This document shows, in pieces, positions 8,010 to 17,934 of a stretch of DNA of 64,000 bases. Position 1 is the stretch's first letter, and each line of letters starts with the position of its first letter. Origin of the DNA: Planctomycetota bacterium (GTDB lineage: Bacteria; Planctomycetota; B15-G4; JADJEK01); the NCBI GenBank assembly GCA_016213895.1, contig JACQZJ010000076.1:1291-65290 (forward strand). Reading direction: 5' to 3'. Under the pieces are notes generated by a model. That model did not search any database and had not been told where the DNA came from. It saw nothing but the letters and a program-made list of their open reading frames with translations. The position numbers and the translations under genes were made by a program.

Positions 8010-10154
8010 CGAGGAGCGCGAGCAGCAGCGCGAGCGCCGCGCCGGCTGCCGCGAGCGCCGGGCCGAGTCCCCGCGGCGAGTACTCGAAGACCACCTGATG
8101 CACGCCAGCTTCGAGGAACACGCCGAGCAGGGCGTGGTCGGCGACTCGCAGCTCCGCCTGCTCGCCGTCGACCGTGACCGACCAGCCCGGGTCCCACCCC
8201 TCGGCCAGCACCAGCACGCCCGGGAAGCGCGCTTCGAGCGAGATGACGTGCCGGCCGTCCTGGCTCTTCTCGAGGGTGGCCTCCTGCATCGCTCCCCGGG
8301 ACGGCAGCTCGACCGGAAGCGGACGCTCGACGAGCACGGTCTCGTGGACCGGGAAGGCGCGGTCCGCGAGGCGGCTGAGGCGCTCGGCCGCGTCTTCCAC
8401 GAGTGCGGCCCCGCCGCAGAGGAAGGCGCGCGGCCCGGCCGTGGGCCGCGCGAGCGCGCCCAACCGGTCCTGCTCATCCTCGAACAGAACCGGCAGCCCC
8501 GTGCGCTTTGCCAGGTCGCGATCCGCGTGCACCACCGTGTCCACGTTGAGCAGGTCGAGGAGCGGGTGGGTCAGGCTCGCAAGATCGCGCAGCGGCCGGC
8601 CCACGCGCGGATCGACCGGATCGTAGAGCGGGCCCTCGAGGCACGCGACGAGTTCGGCGCCGCGCGCCGGGACCATGGGCAGGATGCCGTGGATCGATCG
8701 GATGCCGAAGAGGCCGGCGAGCGAAGACGGCAGAACGTTCGGGGCGGCCGCGAACACGCAGATCCGGCCCGGCCTCTCGGAGAGGCGCGCGAGCGAGGGA
8801 GTCCGCGGGTAGTGCTCCTGCTCCGGAGCACGGCGCCGAACTTCCAGGGCGGCCTGGCGCGGCGCTCGAGAATCGCCTGCAGCACGAGTGCGCCCGCCAC
8901 GGGCCAGCAGGCCGCGACCAAGGCCAGCATGCGCTTGATGTTCCCCATGGCGAGCACGTCGGCCCCGGGCACGAGCCGCATGAGCGCCGGGCCAACGAGG
9001 CACGCGGCGAATGCGACGAGCGAGACCAGGACGAGGCGCCGCGCGAACGGTGCGAGCGCGCGGCGAAAGGCCAGCGGCAGCAGCAGGAGCACGAGCACGC
9101 CGCAGTAGAAGGCGTTGTACGGGATGCTGTTCTGGATCTCGTCGCCGAGCCAGCGGCGGTGGGGGAGCCAGGCCTCCATGGTCTGCGCCGGCGCGTCCGG
9201 CAGGCTGAAGTCCGGAGGATGCCCGAACAGCTCCGGCAGCACCGCGGTGGCGAGCGCGGCCGGGGCCAGGCCGCGCTCGGCCGCGGCCTGGCGCGTCTCT
9301 GGCGCCGAGCGGAGCGACGACTCGTAGGCGTCGCCGGAGAGGAGCATCTGCGGCAGGCCGAGCGCCAGGCCGATGAGCAGCGCTGCGGCGAGGACGAACC
9401 CAGCGCGCACGTTCCAGAGGGATCGCTGGAGGGTGGCGAAGAGGATCGTGCCGAAAGCGAGCACGAAGGCGACCTGCGGGAAGCCGGAGAGCATCATCAA
9501 GCCGGTGGCGAGCGCGCCCTCGCTGATTGCGCGCCGGAAGCGCCCTTGCCGCAGCCACTCCACGGCGAGGACCTGCGCCGGCCACCAGGAGATCGTGTAG
9601 ACCTCGTGTGGCGACTGCCAGCGGGTGTAGACCCACGCGGAGAGGGCGAACCCGACGGCCCCGGCCGCCGCGGCCGGTGGCGACGCCCCGAAGGCGCGGC
9701 AGGCGCGGTAGGCGAGAAGGGCGGCGAGGGCAAAGTGGAACCACAGCATCCAGTCGAGCGCCGTCATCGGATCGAGGGGACGCGTCAGCCAGGTGGCGGG
9801 CGAGAAGAAGGGGAAGGGGATGCACGCGACCAGCGGATAGCCAAGCGCCTGCGAGCCGTCCCACCAGGGAAGGCGGCCGCTCTCCTCGATCTGCCGGGCG
9901 CGCATCATGCCCGGCAGCACGAACGCGTCCACGTCTGGCGAGATGGGGTTGATGGGTGGAAGCGGCCCGCTCGCGGCTCTGGCCCAAGGGTGCAGGTCGA
10001 TGCGCGGGTCGTCGCTGGTGAAGGTGCGCGTGCACCGTCCCGCGAAGAGCGGCTGGTAGAGCACGGCGGAGGCCAGCACGGCGCAGGCGAGAGCAGCGAG
10101 CGCTGCCTCCCGCCATCCGAGCTGCTGCTGCGGTCGTTCCGAGGAAGGTAGCAC
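7990..10154 (-). CDS. YfhO-like polytopic membrane protein (putative glycosyl/acyl-transferase-type envelope protein), apparently disrupted by a frameshift near 8850-8875
   Basis: The 527-aa ORF (8571-10154) encodes about 430 aa of credible multi-TM protein up to ...VLQAILERRARPPWKF and then degenerates. A second frame (7990 to about 8870) encodes a credible C-terminal domain (EHYPRTPSLARLSERPGRICVFAAAPNVLPSS...VFEYSPRGLGPALAAAGAALALLLALLVTAARL) ending in a final TM segment. The two halves join only through a +/-1 shift. Confidence 0.6.
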
Positions 10155-10252
10155 CAGACCCCGTCTCCTCCGGCGACCAAGAGGCGGCTATCCTCTGCGC
10201 AGTGTAACCGCGCCGCGGTCAGGATCCGCCCTCTTGCGGCTTCGCAGCAGGC

Positions 10253-11011
10253 ATGAAGACAGAACAGCGCGTGATGCTCGGCGTGGACGTGGAGTCGGAC
10301 TGGGGAAGCGGTTCGCGCTCCGGCATCGAGACGGTGCTGCCGCGCCTGCTGGCGCTGTTTCACGAGTGCGCGGTGCGGGCCACGTTCTTCGTGGTCGGCG
10401 AGCTGGCCGCCGCTTTTCGCGAGCAGGTCGATCCAGGCGGTCCCCACGAAGTGGGCTCGCACGGGTTGACCCACGCGCTCCTCGACCGTCTCGATTGGGA
10501 CGGGGTAATGCGCGAGGTCGTCGGGTCGAAAGAGCGCCTCGAGTCCGCCGGCTACGAGGTCAGGGGCTTCCGCGCGCCGTTCCTGCGGTCGCCTCCCTGG
10601 CTCGCGACCATCGTGAGAGACGCCGGCTACGGGTACGACGCGTCCGAAGGCTCCGTCTACCCCGATCCCCGCGTCTTCTTCTCGCGCTCGCGCCGGCCTC
10701 GCCGCCAGGACGGCCTGCTCCGGCTGGGCGTGTCCACGCTTCGCGATCGCATCACGCCTGCTTCCCTGACCTACCTCAGGCTCTACCATCCGCTCGGGCT
10801 CCGGCTCTTCTCGCCGAGCGCGCACTTCTTTTCCTGCCATCTCCACGAGCTCTTGGAGGCGCGCGGCGGCTGGCAGCGCCTGCCGTCCCCGCTGCGCCGG
10901 CTGCATGGGCGAAAGTCCGGGCAAGCGGCCTTTCGCATCCTCGAGACGCTGCTCCGGCGCCCCGGCCTGCGCTTCGTCAGTTGCCGGGAGTTCCTCGACG
11001 AGGCGCTCTGA
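10253..11011 (+). CDS. Polysaccharide deacetylase (NodB-homology, carbohydrate esterase family 4-like)
   Basis: The motifs LGVDVESDWGSG, ATFFVVGE and the conserved HGLTH histidine motif are present, at about 250 aa. Confidence 0.85.
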   Translation: MKTEQRVMLGVDVESDWGSGSRSGIETVLPRLLALFHECAVRATFFVVGELAAAFREQVDPGGPHEVGSHGLTHALLDRLDWDGVMREVVGSKERLESAGYEVRGFRAPFLRSPPWLATIVRDAGYGYDASEGSVYPDPRVFFSRSRRPRRQDGLLRLGVSTLRDRITPASLTYLRLYHPLGLRLFSPSAHFFSCHLHELLEARGGWQRLPSPLRRLHGRKSGQAAFRILETLLRRPGLRFVSCREFLDEAL

Positions 11012-12434
11012 GCGGATCGCGGGCGGCGAGCGTTCCTTCCTCGGCGTACTCCTCGAGCGTGTTCACCGACCACACGTCGTGCCGCGCTCCGTCGAGCGCG
11101 TTTCTCACCGAGAGCACGCCCGTCATCATCGCGTGGTCCTGGCTGTTGTAGTTGTGGAGCCCCTTGCGGCCCGCGGGGTAGGCGTTCGCGAGCGCGGCGC
11201 CGATCCAGCGCTTGAGGATCTCGCGGTTTCTCCGGTACGCCGCGTCGTAGACGGGATAGGCGTCGAGCGAGCGGTGCACTCGCCCGCCGGCGGCCGCCTT
11301 GGCGTGCGACAGGCCGAGGTGTTCCAGCTCTTGCCGGGCGAGGGCCAGGAGGGACGAATCGTCCAGACCGAAGAGGCCGTCGTCGCGCGCGCAGAAGTAC
11401 TCCATGCCGATCGCGGTGGTGCGGGAGTCGGGGCACATGTCCTCGCTCCAGTTCGCGTAGTTGGTGATGCGCGCGACGCGCACGTCCGGCGCGTGAACGT
11501 AGATCCACTGATCGGGGAAGAGGCTCTGCCGCTCGACGATGAGCACGGCCGTGATCAGGTCGCGGTGCCGGAGCGCCTCGCCCGCGGTCAGGACCTCGGG
11601 GGGCGGCGGCGGATCGAGGGCGCGAACGAGGTTCCGGAGCGTCATGGTCAGATAGAAGTGCGTGCCCGCGAAGGAGCGGCCGGAGGCGGACTCGACGCAC
11701 TCGACCCGGCCGGCCCGGTGGCGCACGCGGACCACGGGCTCGCCGGTCTCGATCCGGCCTCCCCGGCGCAGCACGTCGTCGAGCGCCGACTCCCAGAGCT
11801 GGCCCGCGCCGAGGCGCGGGTAGAGGAAGCGGTCCACCAGCGACCGAGCGCCTCGCCCGCGGAGAGGCCCCAGCACCGCCTTTCGCAGCATCTCGACGAG
11901 AGACAGGCCGCGGATGCGCTGCGCCGCCCAGTCCTTGTCGAGCTCCGCGCACGGGACGCCCCAGACCTTCTCGGTGTAGGTCCTGAAGAACGTCTCGTAC
12001 AGCTCCCGGCCGAAGCGGTTGACCACCCAGTCCTCGAACGACGCCTCCGGCCGCCGGGGCGAAAGCCGCGCGCCGAGGCAATCGCAGAGGGCGCGCGCCG
12101 CCCGCCGCGGGCCGATGCCGCGGAGCGTCTCGCCGAGCGACAGGGGATACGAGTAGAACTTCCCCTCGTAGAAGACGCGCGTGCGGCGCTTCACTTCCAT
12201 GAGCCCCTCGGGGAGCATCTCGCGCCACATCTCCTGGATCTCGTCGCTCTTGGTGTAGAAGCGGTGCGGGCCGAGGTCATAGCGGTGACCCTGCAGCTCC
12301 ATGGTCCGCGCCAGGCCGCCGGCCGCCCTCGGGTCCTGCTCGAGGAGCAGAACCTCCTTGTTCCTCCGCGCCAGCAGCCAGGCCGCGGTCAGGCCGGCCG
12401 GCCCCGCTCCGACAATGACGTGCCTCTCGCCCAC
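10977..12434 (-). CDS. FAD/NAD(P)-binding oxidoreductase (amine-oxidase/UDP-galactopyranose-mutase-like Rossmann protein)
   Basis: HVIVGAGPAGLTAAWLLA is a GxGxxG dinucleotide-binding motif followed by LLLEQDPRAAGGLARTME. The coherent sequence runs for 481 aa to the stop at 10977. There is no ATG upstream of the motif, so a GTG start (VGERHV, around 12434) is inferred. The N-terminal part of the 866-aa track ORF is artefact. Confidence 0.7.
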   Translation of the reverse strand: MGERHVIVGAGPAGLTAAWLLARRNKEVLLLEQDPRAAGGLARTMELQGHRYDLGPHRFYTKSDEIQEMWREMLPEGLMEVKRRTRVFYEGKFYSYPLSLGETLRGIGPRRAARALCDCLGARLSPRRPEASFEDWVVNRFGRELYETFFRTYTEKVWGVPCAELDKDWAAQRIRGLSLVEMLRKAVLGPLRGRGARSLVDRFLYPRLGAGQLWESALDDVLRRGGRIETGEPVVRVRHRAGRVECVESASGRSFAGTHFYLTMTLRNLVRALDPPPPPEVLTAGEALRHRDLITAVLIVERQSLFPDQWIYVHAPDVRVARITNYANWSEDMCPDSRTTAIGMEYFCARDDGLFGLDDSSLLALARQELEHLGLSHAKAAAGGRVHRSLDAYPVYDAAYRRNREILKRWIGAALANAYPAGRKGLHNYNSQDHAMMTGVLSVRNALDGARHDVWSVNTLEEYAEEGTLAARDPLRAPRRGTPGN

Positions 12435-12731
12435 GCGGTCTCCGCGTCCTGCTGCCGGCCGCTCGCGGCCGCGACCCCTTCCCTCGACGACTTCGATCCA
12501 GCGCTTGATGCGACGGAGCGACTCTACCGGTGCGACCGTGCCGGGGACAAGTCCTGCCGCCGCGCCAGCCGGGAGCGGCGCCCATGCCGGCCTCCATACC
12601 TGGAAGGCAGCAGACGCAGCGCTTTCCCCTTGACTTGCCCGCGCTTCGATCGACACAATCGTGGCCGTAGTGAACGGGTCGCTCCAGGGGTTCGATGGGT
12701 CCGGGCATCGCCCGCCGGGAGAGGCGACAGG

Positions 12732-13448
12732 ATGAAGGAGCATCTCGCGTACGACTGGGACGCGGCCGGGGAGCCGGACGGCCTGTCCGTCGTGATCGCG
12801 GCCTTGGAGAGCCTCGAGAACGCCCCGGTCATCTCGCAGCGCGATGCCGTCGACCCGGATCGCGTGGCCGACGTGCTGCTGGACGTGGGGCACCGCTTCG
12901 ACGGCACTCGGCTGCTCTACCTGATGACCGCGCTGCAGCTCGATCGCTTCGACGACCTGGCGTGCGAGATGTGCGCGCGCGAGTACTTGCTGCTCGACGC
13001 CGAAGGGCTGGCCGAGGAAGCAGTGGTCGCGGTGTACACGGGCTGGGTGGACGGCACGCGGCGCCAGCCCTTCGGCGACTGGGCGCGGCGCATCGTGCGC
13101 CACGTGGTGCGGCGCGCCTGCGTGGACCCGAAGCTCGCGGTCTACTCTCCGCCGGGAGGGGACGCGGCCGAGCGGCTGGTCATGGAGATCCTGGCGGAGA
13201 AGGCGAACCGGCTGGACTTCGAGGTGCGGCGAGTCGTCTGGTTCTCGTGGGTGGAGCACATGCGCATCCCGGAGATCGCTCGGGTCACGGGCATGCCCTT
13301 CGAGCGCGTGGAGTGGGTCTTGGCCTCGGTGATGGAGGAGACGCAGAAGACGGTGAAGGACCTGCTCGAGGGCAAGTTGCGGCGAGAAAGCGAGGCCCCG
13401 GGGGACGACTGGAGCATTGAGGAGAAGGAGGGCGGCCATGGAGCCTGA
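12732..13448 (+). CDS. Divergent ECF-type sigma-70 family protein (region 2- and region 4-like segments)
   Basis: The real start is MKEHLAYDWD at 12732; the upstream part of the 847-aa ORF is an artefact. FGDWARRIVRHVVRRA resembles sigma region 2. RRVVWFSWVEHMRIPEIARVTGMPFERVEWVLASVMEETQKTV resembles the region 4 HTH. Confidence 0.5.
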   Translation: MKEHLAYDWDAAGEPDGLSVVIAALESLENAPVISQRDAVDPDRVADVLLDVGHRFDGTRLLYLMTALQLDRFDDLACEMCAREYLLLDAEGLAEEAVVAVYTGWVDGTRRQPFGDWARRIVRHVVRRACVDPKLAVYSPPGGDAAERLVMEILAEKANRLDFEVRRVVWFSWVEHMRIPEIARVTGMPFERVEWVLASVMEETQKTVKDLLEGKLRRESEAPGDDWSIEEKEGGHGA

Positions 13449-14454
13449 ACCCGTTCCCGTTGCCGCGCGCGACCTGATCTGGCATCTGCCCGAGCTGCTG
13501 GAGGGCACGGACCCGGTCCTGGCGCGGCCGCAGGTGCGCGAGTACTTGAAGACCGATCCGGCGGCGGGCGCGTCCATCGAGGCCGTCGCGTTGCTGGCTC
13601 AGGCCATGAGCCGCGGCGCGCAGCGCGTTCGCTCCCTGCCGCGGGCGACCCTGCGGCCGCTCACGCGGCCCGTCGAGAAGGCGCGCCGTTTTTTCAAGAA
13701 GGAGCTGGTGGACCTGCTCTTCGACGCGGGGCTGGCGGAGTTCGACGAGGCCACCAAGGCGACGGGGCTGGCGTTCGACTCGCACCTCGCGAGCAGGTCC
13801 CCACGCTGCGCTGAGGGACTCTCTCGGCCCATCGACGATCTGGCGCGCAGTCTGGAGCTGGACCCTCGGAGCTTCCTGCCCGCGGAGGTCCTTGCCATCC
13901 TCGGGAGCGAACGCTGCTCGCACGTGGGTCGACCTTCTCTGGCGCGCGCGGAGCGCCTCATGCGAGCATGCGACGCCACGCTCCCAGGCCTGGACGGAGT
14001 TCGTTTCTACCTCGTTCTTGTCCCCCAGCTCCAGGGGACCCCGTCCGACGTATCGGTCTGGCTGGACTACGCGGCATCCTCCCGCACCATGTTCACGACA
14101 CATGCCGGGCTCGCCCAGGCGGCGCACGCGGCTGTTGTCGCGGGGCGTCCGGATCAGGCCGTGGACCTGAGTCAGCGCGCCCAGCGTCTGTCACCCGGAT
14201 CCATCTTGGTTCCGTACTTCGTGGCGCTTTACGGAGCGCTCGCCGGCCAGTTGGACGCGCTTCCCTCGCGGGTGGCTGAGTGGTCCAGTTCGATCGGCTC
14301 GTCGCGAGCGGTAGTGGATTTGGCCGCGACGCAGGTGCGCTCCGATGCGGCTCTCTGGCTCAGAGTGCGCGACTTGCATAGCGACGCTCTGTTACGCATG
14401 GCCGCACGTCTGCCCGCGGCGCTCGCCATGGCATTCGACAAGGTGATGCGATGA
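13438..14454 (+). CDS. Hypothetical protein co-translated with the sigma-like gene (11-nt overlap ATGGAGCCTGA)
   Basis: MEPEPVPVAARDLIWHLPELLEG... is a soluble-looking protein of about 339 aa. It overlaps the upstream stop codon, the usual arrangement of a sigma/partner pair. Confidence 0.5.
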   Translation: MEPEPVPVAARDLIWHLPELLEGTDPVLARPQVREYLKTDPAAGASIEAVALLAQAMSRGAQRVRSLPRATLRPLTRPVEKARRFFKKELVDLLFDAGLAEFDEATKATGLAFDSHLASRSPRCAEGLSRPIDDLARSLELDPRSFLPAEVLAILGSERCSHVGRPSLARAERLMRACDATLPGLDGVRFYLVLVPQLQGTPSDVSVWLDYAASSRTMFTTHAGLAQAAHAAVVAGRPDQAVDLSQRAQRLSPGSILVPYFVALYGALAGQLDALPSRVAEWSSSIGSSRAVVDLAATQVRSDAALWLRVRDLHSDALLRMAARLPAALAMAFDKVMR

Positions 14455-14639
14455 AGACCCGACGCTTGCTCGTGGCACTGTGCCTTCTCCTCGCCAGTGA
14501 TCCCGGCCTTGCCGGTCCACGGGAGCCCGTCGTCGCGGGTCGCGTGGCGACAGTCACGGGGGGTGGGCCTAATCCTACTAGTCCAGGCGGCGGTGCCAGG
14601 CCGAGGAGCAAGGACGCGCCCATGCCGCGGCAGCCGTAG
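14451..14639 (+). CDS. Possible small secreted protein (62 aa) with signal peptide
   Basis: MKTRRLLVALCLLLASDPGLAG is a signal-peptide-like N-terminus, and there is an ATGA overlap with the previous gene. The rest is Pro/Gly-rich and the ORF is short. Confidence 0.3.
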   Translation: MKTRRLLVALCLLLASDPGLAGPREPVVAGRVATVTGGGPNPTSPGGGARPRSKDAPMPRQP

Positions 14640-14648
14640 GATCCGGCT

Positions 14649-17600
14649 GTGAGGCCTCGCTCGCGCCTCGCGGGGATCGTTGCGTTGGGTCTGGCCGGGA
14701 TAGCGGCCGCCGTGCTTCTGCTGCTGCGCGGGGGCCCAGGCGACCCCGAGCCCGTGTCCGAGAGCACGCCCGGCGTGGGGGCGGACGTGTCACTGGACGA
14801 GGGCCAGGAGCCGGATGTCGCGGCGCCGGAGGCAGAAGAGAGCCCGGCTCGCGAGGCCGTGCGCCAGGTGCGCGAGATGTGCTTCTTGCTTGGCGGGGAG
14901 CCCGCGGCCGCGACCGAGGTCTTCCTGCTGCCTTGGAGCGAGGAGATTCAGCGCGAGGCCGCATCGCAGGTCGGGCTGCGCAAGGACGTCATCGCGGCCG
15001 AGGCAGCGCGCCACGTGTCGGACGCCTCGGGCAGGCTCGCGGTGGAGCTGCCCGTGCCCCCGTTCTTCGTCGCCGCGCGCGCGCCAGGGTCCGCGCCGTT
15101 CGGCCGCCGCTTCGACTCATGGCCCGAGTCGATCACGCTCGATCTGCCCCTGGAGGAGCGCCTGCGCGGCATCGTCGTGAACACCCTGGGCGGCCCGACG
15201 GCGGGCGCGGTCGTTCTGGCGTACCGTGCCTTCCGCGACGAGTCCAACTTCGACGGCGTGACGGATGACGAGCAGCGCTTCGCCGGCATGTTCTTCGAGA
15301 GCCGGGTGGCAGTGGGCCTGGACGGCCGCTTCGACCTCGGGGGGCTGCCCGCGGCGCGGATCTACGCCATCGCCTACGCTCAGGGCCTGGCGTCCGATCG
15401 CCGTGCCGACTTCGTCTTGCCTTCCGGCGACCTCTGCGAGCTGCTGCTCCGGCCCGCGGTCACGGTGCGGGGCCGGGTGATCGCCGCCGAGTCCGAGCTT
15501 CCCATTGCTGGCGCGCAGGTGTCCCTCTACCAGCGCAACGGGCCCGTGGGCATCTTCGAACAGGAGATCACGGTCACGGACCGCGCGGGGCTGTTCGAGC
15601 TGCGCGCTGCCTACGTGGGGACGGAGCCCCTGAGCTTCCGCGTGGTGAAGCAGGGCTACGCCGCACTCATGGAGCGGGTCGAACGTTCGGCACTCGCTCG
15701 AGGCGAGGGGCTGGTGCTGCGGCTGCTCACCGCGCACCCGGTCGAAGGAACCGTCCGCTCGCAGGCCGGCGAGCCGCTCCCGGACGTGTGGGTCCAGGTC
15801 CACGAGGACGTGACGCTCGATCTCATCCACTTCACGAAGTCGGGCGAGGGCGGGCGCTTCCTGCTCGACTTCGTGGCGCCGGGACGGACCTACACGCTGA
15901 TCGGTTCGGGATACGGCTACTACGTGGAAACGTACGAACGCCTGGACTTGTGCGCGCAGGAGAACCTGGAGATCGTGCTCATGCCGCAGCCGGCGCTGCG
16001 CGGCCGCGCGGTGGTTCCTGATTACCCGCTGAGGAACGGACGGGCGCGTCTCGTCCAGGAGGACGAAGCCGGCAACCGTCTCGAGGTCAAGACGGCGGAC
16101 ATCGACGCGGACACCGGGGAGTTCGAGTTCAAGGACCTGGTCACGATGAACTACCTGCTGGACGTGGCGGCGGAAGGGTATGCCCCGGCGCGCGTCGGCC
16201 GGGTCGGGATCCTCGACCCTCCGGAGAAGAACGAAGTCGAAATCGCGCTGCAGCGCGGCGCCACGCTGCGCGGCCGCGTGTTCGATCGGGGCACGGGCAA
16301 GGCGGTGATCGGCGCCGCGATCGCGCTCGCCGACGTGAATCTCGGAGGCCACGCCCTCGGCGCCCTGCCTCTGGCCGCGGAGAGCACCACGGACGGCGAG
16401 GGGAACTACGTCCTGGAGCACGTGCCGACGGGAGCGCCGCTCCAGGTGACCGTGGATCATCCGGACTACGCCCTGGAACATCCGGATCTCCTGGTCGATC
16501 AGGGTGGCCTGTTCGCCCGTCTGGACGTTGGCCTGCGTCGCGGCGCAACGGTCACGATGACCATCGCCGACGAGCAGGGAGAGCGTTTCTCCGTGCTGGA
16601 AGGCGCGGCCTACAGCCCGGACGGTGCCGCGCGCTACGGCAGAGAGAGCGGTGGGGTGCTCCGCTTCGAGCGTCTACCTCCGGGCAAGACGATTGTGGAC
16701 GCGGGGATTCCGCCGCAAGTGCGCGAGGATCTCCGGCATCGCCACTTCGTTCGCGAGATGGTGCTCGCGGAGGGAGAGGAGCGGGCCGTCGCGTTTTCCC
16801 TCGCGGGCGGAGCGAGGATTCACGGCGTGGCCGGCGGTCCTGGGCTGTGCAACAGGTTCCGTCGGATCAGCATCGCCTCGCGGCCCGTCGAGGGATCTGA
16901 CACGGCGTTCGACCTCTGGACCGAGCCGGATGAGAAGGGCCGCTACGTGCTTCCCGGCGTGCCCCCGGGCCGGCGCTCCGTGTGGGTCGAGCCCGACGAC
17001 GTGGGCAGCGGCTTCAAGATCTCCAAGGTCGTGGACGTGACTCCGGGCGCGGACATCGAGCTGGACTTCTACCTCCCGCTCTCCGGCATCGAGGGCGCGG
17101 TGACGCGAGCGGATGGATCGACGATCGTGGGCGCGCTCGTCGAGGTGCGGCCGTGGGACCAGGCGAAGGGCGCGCCGGCGGAGAGCGCGGACTTCGAGCG
17201 CCAGGAGGCGAAGTCGACCCAGGAGGGCAGGTACTTCCTCGCGGGAGTGAAGCAGGGCACGTATGGCCTTGCGGCCGAAGCGGAGGGCTTCGGCCGCGTG
17301 GAGGACGTGGTCACCGTGCCCGATGAGGAGACGGTCCTCCGCCGCGACGTGGTGCTCGAGCCCGAGGCTCTGCTCGAGGTTCTGGCGACCGACCGGGGCG
17401 GTGCGCCGCTGGCTGAGGTCGAGTGCTCGGCGCGGCGCGCCGGCGGGTCTTGGTCGGCCGCTCTCCCGGTGCGCAAGGAGTGGCTGCCCGAGCGCCGCGT
17501 GTTCTTCGGCGCGGCGAGCGGCGAGTACCTGGTGCGCGCGGCGGCCGAGGGCTTCTTCCCGGCCGAGGTCCAGGCGTCTTGCCGCTCCGGGCAGACCACG

Positions 17601-17909
17601 AACCTGACGATCGCGCTGCGCCGCCGGGGCGTGCTGCGCGTGAAGGTCATCACCGCGGCGGGCGCACCGGCACGATCCATGCCGCTCGAGGTCATCGACG
17701 TCGAGACCGGGACCTCCGCCGGCGCGTGGCTCGCCGCGGGTCTGGTGACGAGCACGCCGTCCTCGGCCGTTACGGACGAGAAGGGGGAGCTGCGTCTGGA
17801 CGGCCTGCCGGAGGGGCAGTTCCGCGTGAGCGGGCTGGGCGTGACCGTGACCGCGCGCGTGGCCGCGGGCGAGGAGGCCGGCCAGGTGACGCTGATGCTG
17901 CCGCAGTGA
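14649..17909 (+). CDS. Giant membrane-anchored protein with multiple carboxypeptidase-regulatory-like (CarboxypepD_reg / transthyretin-like) beta-sandwich repeats
   Basis: An N-terminal TM segment (LAGIVALGLAGIAAAVLLLL) is followed by repeated modules of the pattern TVRGRV...G.P..GA.V.L......TD..G.F.L, for example TVRGRVIAAESELPIAGAQVSLYQ...TVTDRAGLFELR and TLRGRVFDRGTGKAVIGAAIALADV...TTDGEGNYVLEHVPTG. Probable GTG start. Confidence 0.75.
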   Translation: MRPRSRLAGIVALGLAGIAAAVLLLLRGGPGDPEPVSESTPGVGADVSLDEGQEPDVAAPEAEESPAREAVRQVREMCFLLGGEPAAATEVFLLPWSEEIQREAASQVGLRKDVIAAEAARHVSDASGRLAVELPVPPFFVAARAPGSAPFGRRFDSWPESITLDLPLEERLRGIVVNTLGGPTAGAVVLAYRAFRDESNFDGVTDDEQRFAGMFFESRVAVGLDGRFDLGGLPAARIYAIAYAQGLASDRRADFVLPSGDLCELLLRPAVTVRGRVIAAESELPIAGAQVSLYQRNGPVGIFEQEITVTDRAGLFELRAAYVGTEPLSFRVVKQGYAALMERVERSALARGEGLVLRLLTAHPVEGTVRSQAGEPLPDVWVQVHEDVTLDLIHFTKSGEGGRFLLDFVAPGRTYTLIGSGYGYYVETYERLDLCAQENLEIVLMPQPALRGRAVVPDYPLRNGRARLVQEDEAGNRLEVKTADIDADTGEFEFKDLVTMNYLLDVAAEGYAPARVGRVGILDPPEKNEVEIALQRGATLRGRVFDRGTGKAVIGAAIALADVNLGGHALGALPLAAESTTDGEGNYVLEHVPTGAPLQVTVDHPDYALEHPDLLVDQGGLFARLDVGLRRGATVTMTIADEQGERFSVLEGAAYSPDGAARYGRESGGVLRFERLPPGKTIVDAGIPPQVREDLRHRHFVREMVLAEGEERAVAFSLAGGARIHGVAGGPGLCNRFRRISIASRPVEGSDTAFDLWTEPDEKGRYVLPGVPPGRRSVWVEPDDVGSGFKISKVVDVTPGADIELDFYLPLSGIEGAVTRADGSTIVGALVEVRPWDQAKGAPAESADFERQEAKSTQEGRYFLAGVKQGTYGLAAEAEGFGRVEDVVTVPDEETVLRRDVVLEPEALLEVLATDRGGAPLAEVECSARRAGGSWSAALPVRKEWLPERRVFFGAASGEYLVRAAAEGFFPAEVQASCRSGQTTNLTIALRRRGVLRVKVITAAGAPARSMPLEVIDVETGTSAGAWLAAGLVTSTPSSAVTDEKGELRLDGLPEGQFRVSGLGVTVTARVAAGEEAGQVTLMLPQ

Positions 17910-17934
17910 CGGCCCGCGCGCGGCCGGCGACTTG

